A DNA stretch of 20,000 nucleotides, from the IMG/VR virus record IMGVR_UViG_3300014205_004150. One strand, 5' to 3'. The translations under genes and the position numbers were made by a program. The notes beneath the pieces are model-generated. The model did not search any database, was not told the DNA's origin, and worked only from the letters and a program-made list of their open reading frames with translations. Of the stretch, positions 1 through 8,242 are shown in pieces (within the stretch, counting starts at the first letter, position 1; each line of letters begins with the position of its first letter). This stretch comes from an uncultured virus (IMG/VR IMGVR_UViG_3300014205_004150). Its lineage: Duplodnaviria > Heunggongvirae > Uroviricota > Caudoviricetes.

Positions 1-36
1 TTTTGTCTTTTTCGCCTTTTTGACAAGTTTTACCAT
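1..36 (-). CDS. Partial CDS running off the window, Lys-rich N-terminus (MVKLVKKAKKTK...)
   Basis: ATG at 36, GGTGA SD at 42-46 overlapping the upstream stop; translated by hand. Confidence 0.6.
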   Translation of the reverse strand, partial: MVKLVKKAKKTK

Positions 37-41
37 GGGTA

Positions 42-239
42 TCACCGACGCATTGCATTTGCTATACCACCAGCAACACCAAGCGCCATTATAGATGTCG
101 CCCCAACAATGGCTACCTTCCCAATGGTGTTTGTCATGTCGTCAACAGTGTTTCCACGAGAATTCCTAGTTTTTTTCGCAGGTTTGGTTTTACTGCGCGT
201 TTTTCTTTTTGTTGTTTTAACAGGTTTTTTCTTTACCAT
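42..239 (-). CDS. Small protein with basic N-terminus and C-terminal Gly/Ala-rich hydrophobic helix; paralog of 5120-5314
   Basis: K/R/T-rich first half, then GKVAIVGATSIMALGVAGGIA; TTTATA box 23-28 nt upstream of the ATG. Confidence 0.8.
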   Translation of the reverse strand: MVKKKPVKTTKRKTRSKTKPAKKTRNSRGNTVDDMTNTIGKVAIVGATSIMALGVAGGIANAMRR

Positions 240-285
240 GGTAATATATTAAATTTATTAATATAAAAAAGTTGCTATAAAAATA

Positions 286-492
286 TTATTTCGTTATTGT
301 CTTCAACAATTTGAATTTTGGAGTGTTATTATCGGTTTTATACCACGCAACCACACGTGTTTCGCGCACACCTTCATCTTTTAACACCATTTTTGCTATG
401 CGCTCTGCCAAAACTTTGTTGTTTGTTTTTGCAACAAATTTCTGACGCCCACTTACAACCTTCGTAATGTCATAATATCGTATCTTGTTCAC
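286..492 (-). CDS. Hypothetical basic protein, 68 aa
   Basis: GTGA overlap with upstream stop, preceded by GGTGA SD. Confidence 0.7.
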   Translation of the reverse strand: MNKIRYYDITKVVSGRQKFVAKTNNKVLAERIAKMVLKDEGVRETRVVAWYKTDNNTPKFKLLKTITK

Positions 493-1016
493 TTTCTCAC
501 CGATGGTTTTGAAGTTTTAACTCGCTTCACTTTTTTTACTGATTTTACAACACGATATTTCGGAACGCGTCGCGCGAATTCATACCCAACACCACGAATT
601 TCTATGGTCCATCCCGCATTATCATCGTGTTTGAACCACAATTCATGCCCACCGTCCTCATTTTGTAGTATAACTTCGCCATCGCCCAAATATTTTACCA
701 GCTTGTATCCAGCCTGTGAAAGTGTCTGACGGAATTGAGACCCAATCTGTCTCCCCTCCATGTTTTCTCGCATTCTTGTGCTGTAATAACCACGACCACC
801 AGTTGCATAATATTCCTCTGCTTCCGCCATGGTCATGAAATCGTTGTACGCTCGTGTCGCACACCCACACTTCATACCAAAAAAGTCACCGGTACTCGGA
901 TAATAAAACGCCTGTGTTCCGGGTTTTATTTCTGCTCTACAGTTTGCACAGACACACGGATACTTTACAGATACCCATCTCGGGTCTCTCTTATAATATT
1001 TTTTAACATTATACAT
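489..1016 (-). CDS. Hypothetical protein, N-terminal Cys cluster (CVCANC...CGC, probable Zn finger), Lys-rich C-tail
   Basis: ORF track; GGTGA SD; tail VKSVKKVKRVKTSKPSVRK. Confidence 0.8.
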   Translation of the reverse strand: MYNVKKYYKRDPRWVSVKYPCVCANCRAEIKPGTQAFYYPSTGDFFGMKCGCATRAYNDFMTMAEAEEYYATGGRGYYSTRMRENMEGRQIGSQFRQTLSQAGYKLVKYLGDGEVILQNEDGGHELWFKHDDNAGWTIEIRGVGYEFARRVPKYRVVKSVKKVKRVKTSKPSVRK

Positions 1017-1018
1017 GG

Positions 1019-1231
1019 TTATTTCACCTTCTTTTTAGTTTTTGTTGTTCTGGAAAACCTGACAGGCGCTCGGTAATTTTTTGGTGTCTTCTTCAGGTCT
1101 GGTTCATCGAGTATACCGCTAACAATCGCTCTCGTCAAATCATTATAATTAATATAAGATTCGCCACCAATGATGTCGTCACGCCAATTAACCTGCATCC
1201 AATTTATCAACTTTTTCTTAGATATTCCCAT
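1019..1231 (-). CDS. Hypothetical protein with Lys-rich C-tail
   Basis: Tight operon packing, SD, tail RTTKTKKKVK. Confidence 0.75.
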   Translation of the reverse strand: MGISKKKLINWMQVNWRDDIIGGESYINYNDLTRAIVSGILDEPDLKKTPKNYRAPVRFSRTTKTKKKVK

Positions 1232-1232
1232 A

Positions 1233-1874
1233 TCACTTCACCTTACCTTTTCCTGTCTTCCGCATCTGGACAATATCACCGACATATTTTTTAATTTCTT
1301 TCCGTATTGCCGATATACGGCACGTTTGCTCTTGTGCGGAGGTTCTGCAGCCTTCGATGGAATATGTAAAAGGAATCGTAGACCCGACCCGTTTAAACCG
1401 CGCATTATAATCTCCGGGGTATACATTACCATCGATGCCCCTTCCCCATGTGAGTTTTCCTAACGGGTCTGGATGCTTGTTTTCAGAATCAACAAATACC
1501 AAATTTTCACGACCCCATTCGGTATGAACCATTGGTATAAGCATTCCTTTCCGTTTTTCTCCAAAATTTGAAACGCGTTTTCGTTTTGCTGGTTTTCCAA
1601 TCCTTTTTTTCGAAGACTGCATTTTAACTCTCATCGCGAGTCTATCGATATCCGGGTATGTACCAAAATCAACATTATCAATAATTACCGCATCTCTATC
1701 AAAATTTTCGATTGCAAGTAAAAGCAATTTTCTCGCTTCGGTATAACTATCAGTTGTGAATCCTTTAGGAACCCTGCTATTTGCCATTATGTAGTATCGA
1801 TGCCCGGACACATACCCATATTTGTTGAAAATCTTTTCACGTTCTTTCAACACCAATTCATTTAAAGTTGTCAT
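1233..1874 (-). CDS. Hypothetical protein, two segments joined by a basic linker, basic C-tail
   Basis: ATGA overlap with upstream gene; SSKKRIGKPAKRKR linker; tail RKTGKGKVK. Confidence 0.8.
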   Translation of the reverse strand: MTTLNELVLKEREKIFNKYGYVSGHRYYIMANSRVPKGFTTDSYTEARKLLLLAIENFDRDAVIIDNVDFGTYPDIDRLAMRVKMQSSKKRIGKPAKRKRVSNFGEKRKGMLIPMVHTEWGRENLVFVDSENKHPDPLGKLTWGRGIDGNVYPGDYNARFKRVGSTIPFTYSIEGCRTSAQEQTCRISAIRKEIKKYVGDIVQMRKTGKGKVK

Positions 1875-2341
1875 TTACGTTTCACCGACCGTTTAGTTGT
1901 TTTTTTAGTTTTACGTTCGAACAAATCTCGCACACTTTTTGCAATTCGTATTTGGTTTGAAATAGTATATAAAGGTTGCATAGTTTTTGTTTTATAATCC
2001 GCAAAAAAACCAGATGCTGGTCTATACCACTCCTGTTTGCAACAATTGCATTTAAAAACTATAGAATCTTCATCCAATTGCGTGACTCTGGAAAACCCAT
2101 CACAATATGGGCAGTATTGAAAACTATATCCAATCACAGATTGGGCACGGGTTGAACGCCTTTTAGAAGACATTAAAGCCCGTCTATCCACAAACTCGCA
2201 ACCACAATCATTACACTGGATATACCCCCACGTTCCCCACGATGGTTCCGTGTTTGCGCGTTTACACTCCGGGCAAATTGTCCTGAAAGTGTTAACATCA
2301 CCCCTTGGTTTTCTTTTTTTCGTTTTGACAGGTGTTACCAT
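1871..2341 (-). CDS. Double Zn-ribbon protein with basic N- and C-termini
   Basis: CPEC/CNDC and CPYC/CNCC pairs; start reassigned to ATG 2341 (MVTPVKTKKRK), 25-30 nt downstream of TTTATA. Confidence 0.8.
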   Translation of the reverse strand: MVTPVKTKKRKPRGDVNTFRTICPECKRANTEPSWGTWGYIQCNDCGCEFVDRRALMSSKRRSTRAQSVIGYSFQYCPYCDGFSRVTQLDEDSIVFKCNCCKQEWYRPASGFFADYKTKTMQPLYTISNQIRIAKSVRDLFERKTKKTTKRSVKRK

Positions 2342-2385
2342 ACTATAAATATATGAACACACAAATATAAATAAGTTTCCTAAAA

Positions 2386-4113
2386 TTATAAATTTATGAA
2401 TATTTTTGCTATTTCGTCCCGAATCTGCTCTTCTGACTTGTAGTGCATTACCGTGTTGTCAGTTGTCCCGTATAACCTGTGAGCAAGTTCGTGCGCGATT
2501 GTCGTAATATTCGCGAGCAGAGCCTTCAGTTCGTGCTGCCCGATACCCTCTCCATACAGGTGGAACCTCTTGAGACCAAGATGTTTCCTGTCGAGAACAA
2601 TATGATTTTCATATGCGACACCACCGACCCGAAGAGTTTCTTTGTCGATGACCATCCCGCCGAGTTTCGTGGTGACCACAAGCTTCAGATCCCCAATCTG
2701 GAACGTTTTGTGGTCAAGGTTGTAGTACGCACTAATCCTGTTCAGAATCCGCATAAACGAAATCTCCTTTTCGGTCTTGAGATATCTGTTGTTGATTGTA
2801 ATCGTCTTTTCAACACCGTTTTCAAGTTCAGAGATGTGGGGCACGTTGTGTTTCTGGTATACCCTCTCCTGCAGGATGTTGTTTGCAACATGAACAACAA
2901 TCCGGTAATATTCCGCCTTTGCCTTCAGTTCTGCAGACGATTCAAGTTCTTCCGCACGCATCCACACGACTTTTTTGTTCTTCTTGATAACATCCTTGAG
3001 CAGAACCCCACGGGGCTTTTGCGTTGAAAACACTGCCCTGCCCACAATAGGTGACGTTATTGATTCGTCCTCGACTTCATAATCTTCGGGGTTAACACCA
3101 ACAGGGACGACCGCAGATATAGACGCAGAAGCCATTGCCGGGGCGGTTTCAGAAGTTGTGTTATGCTCAACCATGTTTACCCCGTCAACCGTGATAAACT
3201 TCTCAAACTGGTCAACAGACAACACACTGTCGATACTCTTTGCATATCTGTCAACAAGTTTGTTGTCGGTTGCATTTTTGAGGAAATCCATGTATAAATC
3301 CTCGACACAACTCTTCACGTTTTTTGCAAACCTCTCAAACTTCTCATTCCTGACAACGGATGTTCTGTCGGGAGCCTTGAGATTCAGAGCCTTCCCGTTC
3401 ATTTCGATGATGCCAGTCGTGTTCCATATTTCAGGGAACGAGCACACCTTCCTGCGCTCGTAGTAAAGAACCGGTGTTTCCCAGCTCTTTTCGGTGATTG
3501 CAAATCTCGCAGAAAACCGAGAGTTGTTGTATTCCTTCACCCACTCTCCGCGCACGTCTGCAAGGATATTTTTCTTTGAAACTTTCTCCCCGTTGACAAA
3601 AATATCAAATGGCTGTAACTCTCCGACACGTTTTATTTCCGACCAGATTTTTTCAATGTTCCCACCATCTCGCGAGAAAAACGGCGAGAGCAGCACGACT
3701 TTAAACCCTCGCATGGATGGGATTGTTGAAACTTCTGCTTCTGGAGATCCGGTGGCAAAGATATTGTCAACATCGACAACTGCCTCCCACGCACCACTAG
3801 AAATAACCGCACGGGTCAGCCCGGGAACCGCAAGGAAAGACCATAACCCAATGCCGAACCCCTCATCGGTACTATTCCACTCGCTGTAGTCGAGTGTGAG
3901 AACCGGACGCGGTGTCTTGCACCCACACCCATCATCAGCAATTAAGAAACCTCCCTCTTTGATTTCAAAATACACCGTTTTCGCACCGGCACGGTAACTG
4001 TTCTGCAGAAGTTCCGTAACGAAGACCAGCGGTGAATCAAAAACGTCACCATCGCGGATTTTGTTCAACTTCTGCCTTGCATCCGATGTGATTGCAACTT
4101 TTGTCATCTTCAC
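2386..4113 (-). CDS. GHKL (HATPase_c-like) ATPase with C-terminal HExxH zincin-like motif
   Basis: N-box TELLQNSYRAGA, G1 DDGCG, G2 EGFGIG; C-terminal AHELAH; class-A promoter module directly upstream. Confidence 0.8.
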   Translation of the reverse strand: MKMTKVAITSDARQKLNKIRDGDVFDSPLVFVTELLQNSYRAGAKTVYFEIKEGGFLIADDGCGCKTPRPVLTLDYSEWNSTDEGFGIGLWSFLAVPGLTRAVISSGAWEAVVDVDNIFATGSPEAEVSTIPSMRGFKVVLLSPFFSRDGGNIEKIWSEIKRVGELQPFDIFVNGEKVSKKNILADVRGEWVKEYNNSRFSARFAITEKSWETPVLYYERRKVCSFPEIWNTTGIIEMNGKALNLKAPDRTSVVRNEKFERFAKNVKSCVEDLYMDFLKNATDNKLVDRYAKSIDSVLSVDQFEKFITVDGVNMVEHNTTSETAPAMASASISAVVPVGVNPEDYEVEDESITSPIVGRAVFSTQKPRGVLLKDVIKKNKKVVWMRAEELESSAELKAKAEYYRIVVHVANNILQERVYQKHNVPHISELENGVEKTITINNRYLKTEKEISFMRILNRISAYYNLDHKTFQIGDLKLVVTTKLGGMVIDKETLRVGGVAYENHIVLDRKHLGLKRFHLYGEGIGQHELKALLANITTIAHELAHRLYGTTDNTVMHYKSEEQIRDEIAKIFINL

Positions 4114-4165
4114 TCACTCCTTTTGTATACAAAGTAATAGTAACTAATAGTATATATATGTTTTT
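4114..4165 (-). promoter_or_regulatory. Class-A promoter/RBS module, copy 1
   Basis: Minus strand AAAAAC-ATATATA-TACTATTAG-T-TACTATTAC-TT-TGTATACA-AAA-GGAGTGA. Confidence 0.85.
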
Positions 4166-4213
4166 AATTAGATATGCACACATAGTTTTAATATATTTGA
4201 AATCATAACGTTA

Positions 4214-4459
4214 ATGGGTATAAACATGCCATATGGAAGAATGAAAACAAACAAACTCGACAGAGACCAACAGAATCGTGTAGGAGTAGAATTTATAACG
4301 GAAAGAAACAACGAACAGTTTGGCGACAAAATAAAAGAAAACGGTGGCGCAATTGCATCCACATCAAAAACACAAATGCGCACGGTTTTGAAAGTGTATT
4401 TACCAGAAGACAAAATTTATGATGTGAAGGATTATTGGATTAAAAATTGTTTAAGTTAA
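4214..4459 (+). CDS. Hypothetical protein (start 4214 or 4226)
   Basis: Fills the gap, divergent from the GHKL gene; TTTTAATATA upstream. Confidence 0.55.
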   Translation: MGINMPYGRMKTNKLDRDQQNRVGVEFITERNNEQFGDKIKENGGAIASTSKTQMRTVLKVYLPEDKIYDVKDYWIKNCLS

Positions 4460-4463
4460 TTTT

Positions 4464-5105
4464 TCAGACTCCATACACGCAATAACCATCACCATATTGG
4501 ATTATTCGAGCCTTATAATCCCTTCCTTCTTTTCTCCAAATTCTAGCAAAATTTTCAGCCTGTGCACGCGACAACAATCCGGATTTAGTTTTCCCATCCT
4601 CGTAGTGGTCATTAAGCAAATAATACGCTTCGCCTTCAAAATATTTTACAGCGGGTGGCGAAGTAATCCTCCGGTATATCGGTCGAACCGACCCATCGGG
4701 ACGCACGCGCATTACTTTCCTGCTATCATCATATTCCTTGTAGACTGGATAATATGCAATTTTTTGGCGCGAGCCTATTGGCGGTTGCGATGTTCTTTTC
4801 TTTTTAACCAACTTCTTAACCGACTTTGTTTTTCGATTTTTAAAAGATTTCCTATCTATCGCCTCGATAAGATCCATAGACATCATGTCTAACTCGCGTG
4901 CAGCGTTATCCCAATTTCCAGTATATCCATGGTCACGACCAAGCATCTTCACGTAGTTATTATATGCCACGGTTTTCTGTTCATCAACTATCGATTGCCG
5001 TTGTCGCAACACATTTAACGGCAGGTTCATTAAATACTTAATGTGCTTCTCGCGCTCTTCTTTCGAACGCATTACAAGCCCGCCGGTTTGGTTATATCTA
5101 CTCAT
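4464..5105 (-). CDS. Hypothetical protein, two segments joined by a Lys-rich linker
   Basis: GGTGA SD; KNRKTKSVKKLVKKKRT linker. Confidence 0.8.
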   Translation of the reverse strand: MSRYNQTGGLVMRSKEEREKHIKYLMNLPLNVLRQRQSIVDEQKTVAYNNYVKMLGRDHGYTGNWDNAARELDMMSMDLIEAIDRKSFKNRKTKSVKKLVKKKRTSQPPIGSRQKIAYYPVYKEYDDSRKVMRVRPDGSVRPIYRRITSPPAVKYFEGEAYYLLNDHYEDGKTKSGLLSRAQAENFARIWRKEGRDYKARIIQYGDGYCVYGV

Positions 5106-5119
5106 ATTGTTTTCACCAC

Positions 5120-5314
5120 CTATTTTTGGAACATACTGCCGATTCCTTTTGCCATGCCAAACAACATTGTCAACCCGACACCGGTTATGGCAAGTTTTCC
5201 GACCGCGCTCATAGAATCGTCTGCTGTTTTTTTCAACGAATCACCACTCGTTGTTTTCTTCGTCTGTTTTGGTTTATACCAATTTGATGGGTCAAACGCA
5301 CTTGGTTGTTTCAT
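5120..5314 (-). CDS. Small basic/hydrophobic protein; paralog of 42-239
   Basis: TADDSMSAVGKLAITGVGLTMLFGMAKGI aligns without gaps to 42-239; TTTATA 23-28 nt upstream of ATG. Confidence 0.8.
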   Translation of the reverse strand: MKQPSAFDPSNWYKPKQTKKTTSGDSLKKTADDSMSAVGKLAITGVGLTMLFGMAKGIGSMFQK

Positions 5315-5375
5315 ACTATTAAATTAGTCTACAACATATAAATAATTTGCGCAATATAAAAATACAAAACGGTCT

Positions 5376-5400
5376 AAAAAGGAAAATACAAAAAAATAAA
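5376..5400 (-). terminator. Archaeal-type oligo-T terminator candidate
   Basis: T-rich tract (TTTATTTTTTTGTATTTTCCTTTTT) immediately after the stop at 5405. Confidence 0.45.
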
Positions 5401-5404
5401 TGAT

Positions 5405-6445
5405 TTAGCGGGAGATTCCGCTAGTATACGTGAAGTACTGGTCGAAGGTAAATGTTCCTACGGCAGTAGTAACTTCACGGTATGTCGTAATTCCGTCCGG
5501 AACCGGCGGGCGACCGACAGTCACAAACTTCTCGGGGGTATACTGTTCTGGAACGTAATCTGATGGTGTGTACTCTCCCGGAGTAACAATCGGTGGGATG
5601 TAGCAACCCGGATTAAACGTGCTCGGGGTGTATGAGCTCGGTGTATACTTGAGACACTTGATACTCTCTGGTGTATACTCTGACGGAGTGTAAACAGCGG
5701 GCTTATAATACGGTGGGATATACCCAAATGTCTTATAATCGCTTGGGGTGTACTCGCTCGGAGTGTACTCGCTCGGGACGTATACAGTTTCTTCGGTTCC
5801 AAGGTTCCGCGCGTCAAGATCAATCGTGTTGATGCTAGTCCGGATAGAACCAGTTCCTGCAGCAGTAATACCATACGTCAGAGCCGCAGGGACATCAAAT
5901 CCACTTGCAACAGACCGAACACTTCCGATAGATGCAAACCCGAGAGTTTCACCCATCATTGTAGTCTCTACAACTGCAGAATTGCAGAACGGTGGGTAAA
6001 TTTCCTCGCTGCAGCCGGGGTCTTTCTCAAAGACACACATCGATGCGCGTTCTCCGCAAGTTGTCTTCGAAGAACCGGCAGATGTACCAACTTCTGCAAG
6101 ACCCTCACGGAACACCATGCCATTACCAACAAAATCGACGCCAGTAACCACATCAATGTTGTAATCAGTGACACCCATGTTTCCAGAGTCTACAGACGCC
6201 ATGCGAACATATTCTGTATTCCCACGGGTCATCATCCTAGAGCTATACGCCCCAAGTGAAAGTACTCCCGCACCGGTATTCTCGATAGAAATATCGGTCA
6301 TATCAAAAACTGCACCTTCACACACAACAGTTTTTGTGCTGACAACACCGGTTGTTTCCGGCGTCTCGGGGGGAAGATACGCTGCAGATGCTGCTGAAAC
6401 AAGAGCAGCAATGAGCAGGATTGCAAAAATTCCAAACTTCTTCAT
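5405..6445 (-). CDS. Secreted beta-rich protein resembling the Methanomicrobiales sheath-protein (MspA-like) family, with pentapeptide repeat insertion
   Basis: Signal peptide MKKFGIFAILLIAALVSAASA; motifs PETPETTG, MCVF..PPFCN, DVPAALTY, YREVTTAVG..F...YTSG; GAGGT SD. CDS is solid; family recalled from memory. Confidence 0.65.
   Translation of the reverse strand: MKKFGIFAILLIAALVSAASAAYLPPETPETTGVVSTKTVVCEGAVFDMTDISIENTGAGVLSLGAYSSRMMTRGNTEYVRMASVDSGNMGVTDYNIDVVTGVDFVGNGMVFREGLAEVGTSAGSSKTTCGERASMCVFEKDPGCSEEIYPPFCNSAVVETTMMGETLGFASIGSVRSVASGFDVPAALTYGITAAGTGSIRTSINTIDLDARNLGTEETVYVPSEYTPSEYTPSDYKTFGYIPPYYKPAVYTPSEYTPESIKCLKYTPSSYTPSTFNPGCYIPPIVTPGEYTPSDYVPEQYTPEKFVTVGRPPVPDGITTYREVTTAVGTFTFDQYFTYTSGISR
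5513..5782 (-). repeat. Coding repeat, 18 x 15 bp, consensus Y-T-P-S-E
   Basis: YVPSE YTPSE YTPSD YKTFG YIPPY YKPAV YTPSE YTPES IKCLK YTPSS YTPST FNPGC YIPPI VTPGE YTPSD YVPEQ YTPEK FVTVG. Confidence 0.9.
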
Positions 6446-6732
6446 GCTTTTAACCTCGGTTATAACCTATTTTCAGTTTGCGCAGATTAAAACAGGACAT
6501 TAAATTGACATCCATATTATAATCGCCATACATAAATCGACGTTTCGGGTAATAAATATATCTATTACGCACAAAAAACAAACCAATTTGCAAATAAAAA
6601 CATACAAAAAATAGGAGATTATCGTTTAGCGCGCGGTGAAGTTTTTCTTTTTGAAACGGTTTTTTTCCGAGATTGTGGTTTTTTTCTGACAATATCGCCC
6701 ATCAATGCAGTTCTATCAGAACGGAAGAATTT

Positions 6733-7353
6733 ATGGAAAGAAAATTTAAGGAAAAATTCACGGAATGGAAACACATTCAAAATGACTCCCTAAAATTAAG
6801 AGCAAAAGTGGTTGCTAAGGCAAAGAAAGTGATCGAGGAAACACCAGGTCTTCATATTTTCTCAAATATAACCCTAAATGGTTACAAGGTTGAATATCAT
6901 TATTCATTCTCGACTTTCTTTTTTCGTAAAGAAGTTGCTTCTCTCCTACCACATGAATTAGCCGATCGCTATGTTCAAACGACAGAGATGGGAGTGAGAA
7001 TTCTTAAAAAAAAGTGTTTAAAAGTGATCCTAAAACAATTGGATATATCCTTTTTTAATTACTTGGATGAATCAAATCACCAGTTTCTTCTGATTGACCC
7101 GGGAGTCCTGAATATTAAGAAACCGATTAAGACAAAGATGATAAATCTTCACAATCAGAGAGACCCGGAATCATCTGTTGAAAAAGTACGAAAGGAATTT
7201 TCTAATGCCTATACTCCTTGGGATTTCAACGAGGATTCCGATCTGGAAAGAGAATTTCTGGCCGGGAAAAATGTGCGGGAATTATCTGAAATCTTTCAGC
7301 GTCAGGAAAGTGCCATTGAGGCACGTTTAAAGAAATTAGATTTGATGGACTAA
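6733..7353 (+). CDS. Hypothetical protein with C-terminal Myb/HTH-like module
   Basis: NAYTPWDFNEDSDL...GKNVRELSEIFQRQESAIEARLKKL; start taken at ATG 6733 (track gives 6673). Confidence 0.7.
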   Translation: MERKFKEKFTEWKHIQNDSLKLRAKVVAKAKKVIEETPGLHIFSNITLNGYKVEYHYSFSTFFFRKEVASLLPHELADRYVQTTEMGVRILKKKCLKVILKQLDISFFNYLDESNHQFLLIDPGVLNIKKPIKTKMINLHNQRDPESSVEKVRKEFSNAYTPWDFNEDSDLEREFLAGKNVRELSEIFQRQESAIEARLKKLDLMD

Positions 7354-7385
7354 ATTTTTTCCAATGAAAAGCTTAATACACCTAA

Positions 7386-7415
7386 TGTGCGTATGATCGT
7401 ACGATCATACGCACA
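7386..7415. repeat. Perfect 30-bp palindrome
   Basis: TGTGCGTATGATCGT|ACGATCATACGCACA, no spacer, no mismatch. Confidence 0.95.
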
Positions 7416-7531
7416 CACGGTCACTTGAATGTTCGAGATCTATTGCGTTTTTAGGACTTCTTGCACTGAGTCCAATGTTACCATTCTGAGTCGTTTGACC
7501 GGCAAGTTTCACGTCGTAATGGTAACCGGCT

Positions 7532-7639
7532 TGGCCCTTTTGGCCCTAATTTGGCCCTTTTACCCGAAGACATTTTGTCCGGGTTTAATTTTTGAAAATT
7601 CGAATCATGGCCCCTTTGGCCCTTTTTTGGCCCTTTTCC
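7532..7639. repeat. Two ~32-bp blocks (7532-7563, 7608-7639), each with three TGGCCC units
   Basis: tggcccttttggccctaatttggcccttttac vs tggcccctttggcccttttttggcccttttcc. Confidence 0.75.
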
Positions 7640-7838
7640 CTAAAACGTAATGAACGCCGGTTCCGTGGATACCCTTCTTCTCAAATATTTCTTTTTCCAC
7701 AAGTTCTGAAAGATCCCTGCTGGCATTCCGCTTTGAAATTTTTACCAGATCCTGATATTCGGAATTGCCGATCCTCCCCTTCTCCTTCACAAACCTGACG
7801 GCTCTCATCTGGCGTTCAGAAAGTCCCAGCTCCATCAC
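7605..7838 (-). CDS. Stand-alone winged-HTH, like the C-terminal wHTH of AlbA_2/HATPase_c_4 (RecG-C-like) regulators; possibly a fragment
   Basis: LGLSERQMRAVRFVKEKGRIGNSEYQDLVKISKRNASRDLSELVEKEIF...G.G.HYVL. Confidence 0.7.
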   Translation of the reverse strand: MMELGLSERQMRAVRFVKEKGRIGNSEYQDLVKISKRNASRDLSELVEKEIFEKKGIHGTGVHYVLGKRAKKGPKGP

Positions 7839-7839
7839 G

Positions 7840-8241
7840 TCATTTCACCTTCTTTACCGATTTCTTTTTTGGTTTCGGTTGTCTCGACTGGTTCATCCGG
7901 TTTGATTTTTGTCCATATTTCGCTTTCAAACGTTCTTCTAGTTCGGTACGCCGCCATGCAATATCTTCTTTCACTTTCGGAATGCACGTAAGGCACGTAA
8001 AATAGTCACCATACAAAGATTCCGAATCAAATTGTAAATTTTGACCAGACATATTAAAATGATATGATGCAACATGTTTGCAAAAATCACACTTGCGCGC
8101 TCCCAACTCTTCTATTGCATATTTTTCAGCTTCGAGTTGCGTCCGAAATGGTGGCGAACTTGTAGAATGATATTCATCATCATACCCCAAATAATACATA
8201 ATCGCAACCCAACCGGATTTTGTCTTTTTGAATCCTACCAT
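7840..8241 (-). CDS. Zn-finger protein (CDFC...CLTC) with Lys-rich C-tail
   Basis: GGTGA SD; tail KPKKKSVKKVK. Confidence 0.8.
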   Translation of the reverse strand: MVGFKKTKSGWVAIMYYLGYDDEYHSTSSPPFRTQLEAEKYAIEELGARKCDFCKHVASYHFNMSGQNLQFDSESLYGDYFTCLTCIPKVKEDIAWRRTELEERLKAKYGQKSNRMNQSRQPKPKKKSVKKVK

Positions 8242-8242
8242 A

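Noticed and set aside
5513..5782. Similarity to the RNA polymerase II CTD heptad (YSPTSPS)
   Set aside because: Period is 5, not 7, and the protein is secreted; compositional resemblance only
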